Source: Camelus dromedarius
Taxonomy: Eukaryota
Length of the DNA stretch: 64,000 bases
Direction: 5' to 3'
NCBI RefSeq assembly: GCF_036321535.1
Contig: NC_087436.1
Location: 17,670,001 to 17,734,000 of the forward strand
A program made the position numbers and the translations under genes. Within the stretch, counting starts at the first letter, position 1. Each line of letters starts with the position of its first letter. A model generated the notes under the pieces. The model saw nothing but the letters and a program-made list of their open reading frames with translations, did not search any database and was not told the DNA's origin. Positions 62,900-64,000 of the stretch are shown piece after piece.

Positions 62900-64000
62900 G
62901 CATGGTGGTGACTATTCTCTACCATAGAACTGGCAGAAGGCTGTAGGAAACTCCTAACCTTTAGAGGTAAGGTGTATGTAATTAACATCATGGCATAAAG
63001 ATCAGAGATGTATTTTGTGCGCTGGGCACACAGAGACCTCTGGTGATGGTGAATAGATCATGATGTCTGTAGAGCTGAGATATAAGAACAGCTGACTAAG
63101 GAGTCGTTTGATTTGTGTATAAAAGAAATTGATATCTGGTAAGCAGAAGGCTATGTCAGAGCTATAATGGAAGATCACCACCTTCCATCCCGTTTCCAGC
63201 TCTCTATCTATAGTGTTTGAAGGAAAGGTTAGATCCCTTTGAAGAATGAACCTCCAATGCCACCCAGCTATGTAGAGTAAATATTCCTTCTTTCTTGCTC
63301 CAAAGAAACCTGAAGTCATTTCCCAAGGCAAAGGCCTCTGGGGAGTGAGTAATGCCCAGACTTTCCGAGGAGACATAGGATACCATCTCAGTCCTACCAT
63401 AAGAGAGCTCATGGAAGCCAGTTAGGCAATGCAGTTATAGGCCAGGATCATCTAGTAGTGGGTCCATCAGGTCCTCAAGCCCACTCTTTGGTAATTTCCA
63501 CAAGTTCTAAATATACATTGATGCAGATATATGTAGCTGCTCATGTTGGCTGGAGTGAGAGGTGTTATGATGGAAGTCCCTACAATTTGCATCCCCTGGC
63601 AAAAGTAGATAATCAGAAGTAATCAAAGGAAGTAAATCAGAAGAAATGCCACCTCTCATGAAGAATTGCAGAGATATCCATCACCAAAAAAGAACTGAAA
63701 GATGCTGTGGTGGTACATCATATCTCTATCAACTCATCTAGATCATCACAAGCACCAGATGGATCATGGCAGGTGTGGGTGAACCACTGCAACCTTAACA
63801 AAATGGTAACCCTAATCATAGTTCCTTTACTGAAGCAGATCATCACAGCTTCTGGAATTTAGTGAGGAGTTATTTAACAAAATTTCCCTAAGTATGGAGG
63901 ATCAGAAACTATTTATCTTTCCTTTACAAGGACAGCAGTTTATCTCCACTGTCTTGTCTTGGAGCTAGTTAACTCTCCTGCTCTCTATATTTTATCACTT
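62900..64000 (+). mobile_element. ERVL internal region (gag end, protease, start of RT), decayed; runs off the window
   Basis: 63750-63870 translates roughly APDGSWQVWVNHCNLNKMVTLIIVPLLKQIITASG, compared with recalled ERVL RT KTDGSWRMTVDYRKLNQVVTPI...LLEQINTSPG; then QKLFIFPLQGQQFISTVL, compared with QKQFAFSWQGQQYTFTVL. Confidence 0.85.

Noticed and set aside
1..64000. Prokaryotic-type systems (CRISPR array, operons), intact retroelement ORFs or a CpG-island promoter
   Set aside because: No regularly spaced repeats, no long ORFs and no CpG island; the sequence is mammalian repeat-rich non-coding DNA.

Overview
Mammalian, AT-rich, non-coding genomic DNA, probably from a camelid. That assignment is an inference from the 3' UTR type of the youngest L1 copies and from the absence of recognisable Alu, B1, Bov-A/tA, PRE-1, CHR, ERE or Can-SINEs. 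I recognise no intact protein-coding gene; the ORF-track entries are decayed LINE-1 fragments, antisense repeat frames or chance frames. About 1.8-15.2 kb and 40.9-64 kb are dense, nested transposon remnants: L1 of several ages, ERVL/MLT2 and Tigger/MER44. About 15.2-40.9 kb is mostly unique sequence with old MIR, L2, MER5, MER20 and LTR remnants, plus a few motif-rich, CpG-retaining patches and weak exon candidates. The most notable structures are: (1) a 347-bp TSD-flanked element made only of the L1 5' end joined at an AG to the L1 3' end (spliced or bipartite mini-L1); (2) a TSD-flanked tailless 5'-half tRNA-Glu retrocopy; (3) two twin-primed 5'-inverted L1s; (4) a long L1 with an internal inversion that keeps its 5' end; (5) a four-level transposon nest; (6) a collapsed MLT2 provirus. 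Repeat family names come from recalled consensus sequences, not a database search, and boundaries of old elements are approximate.
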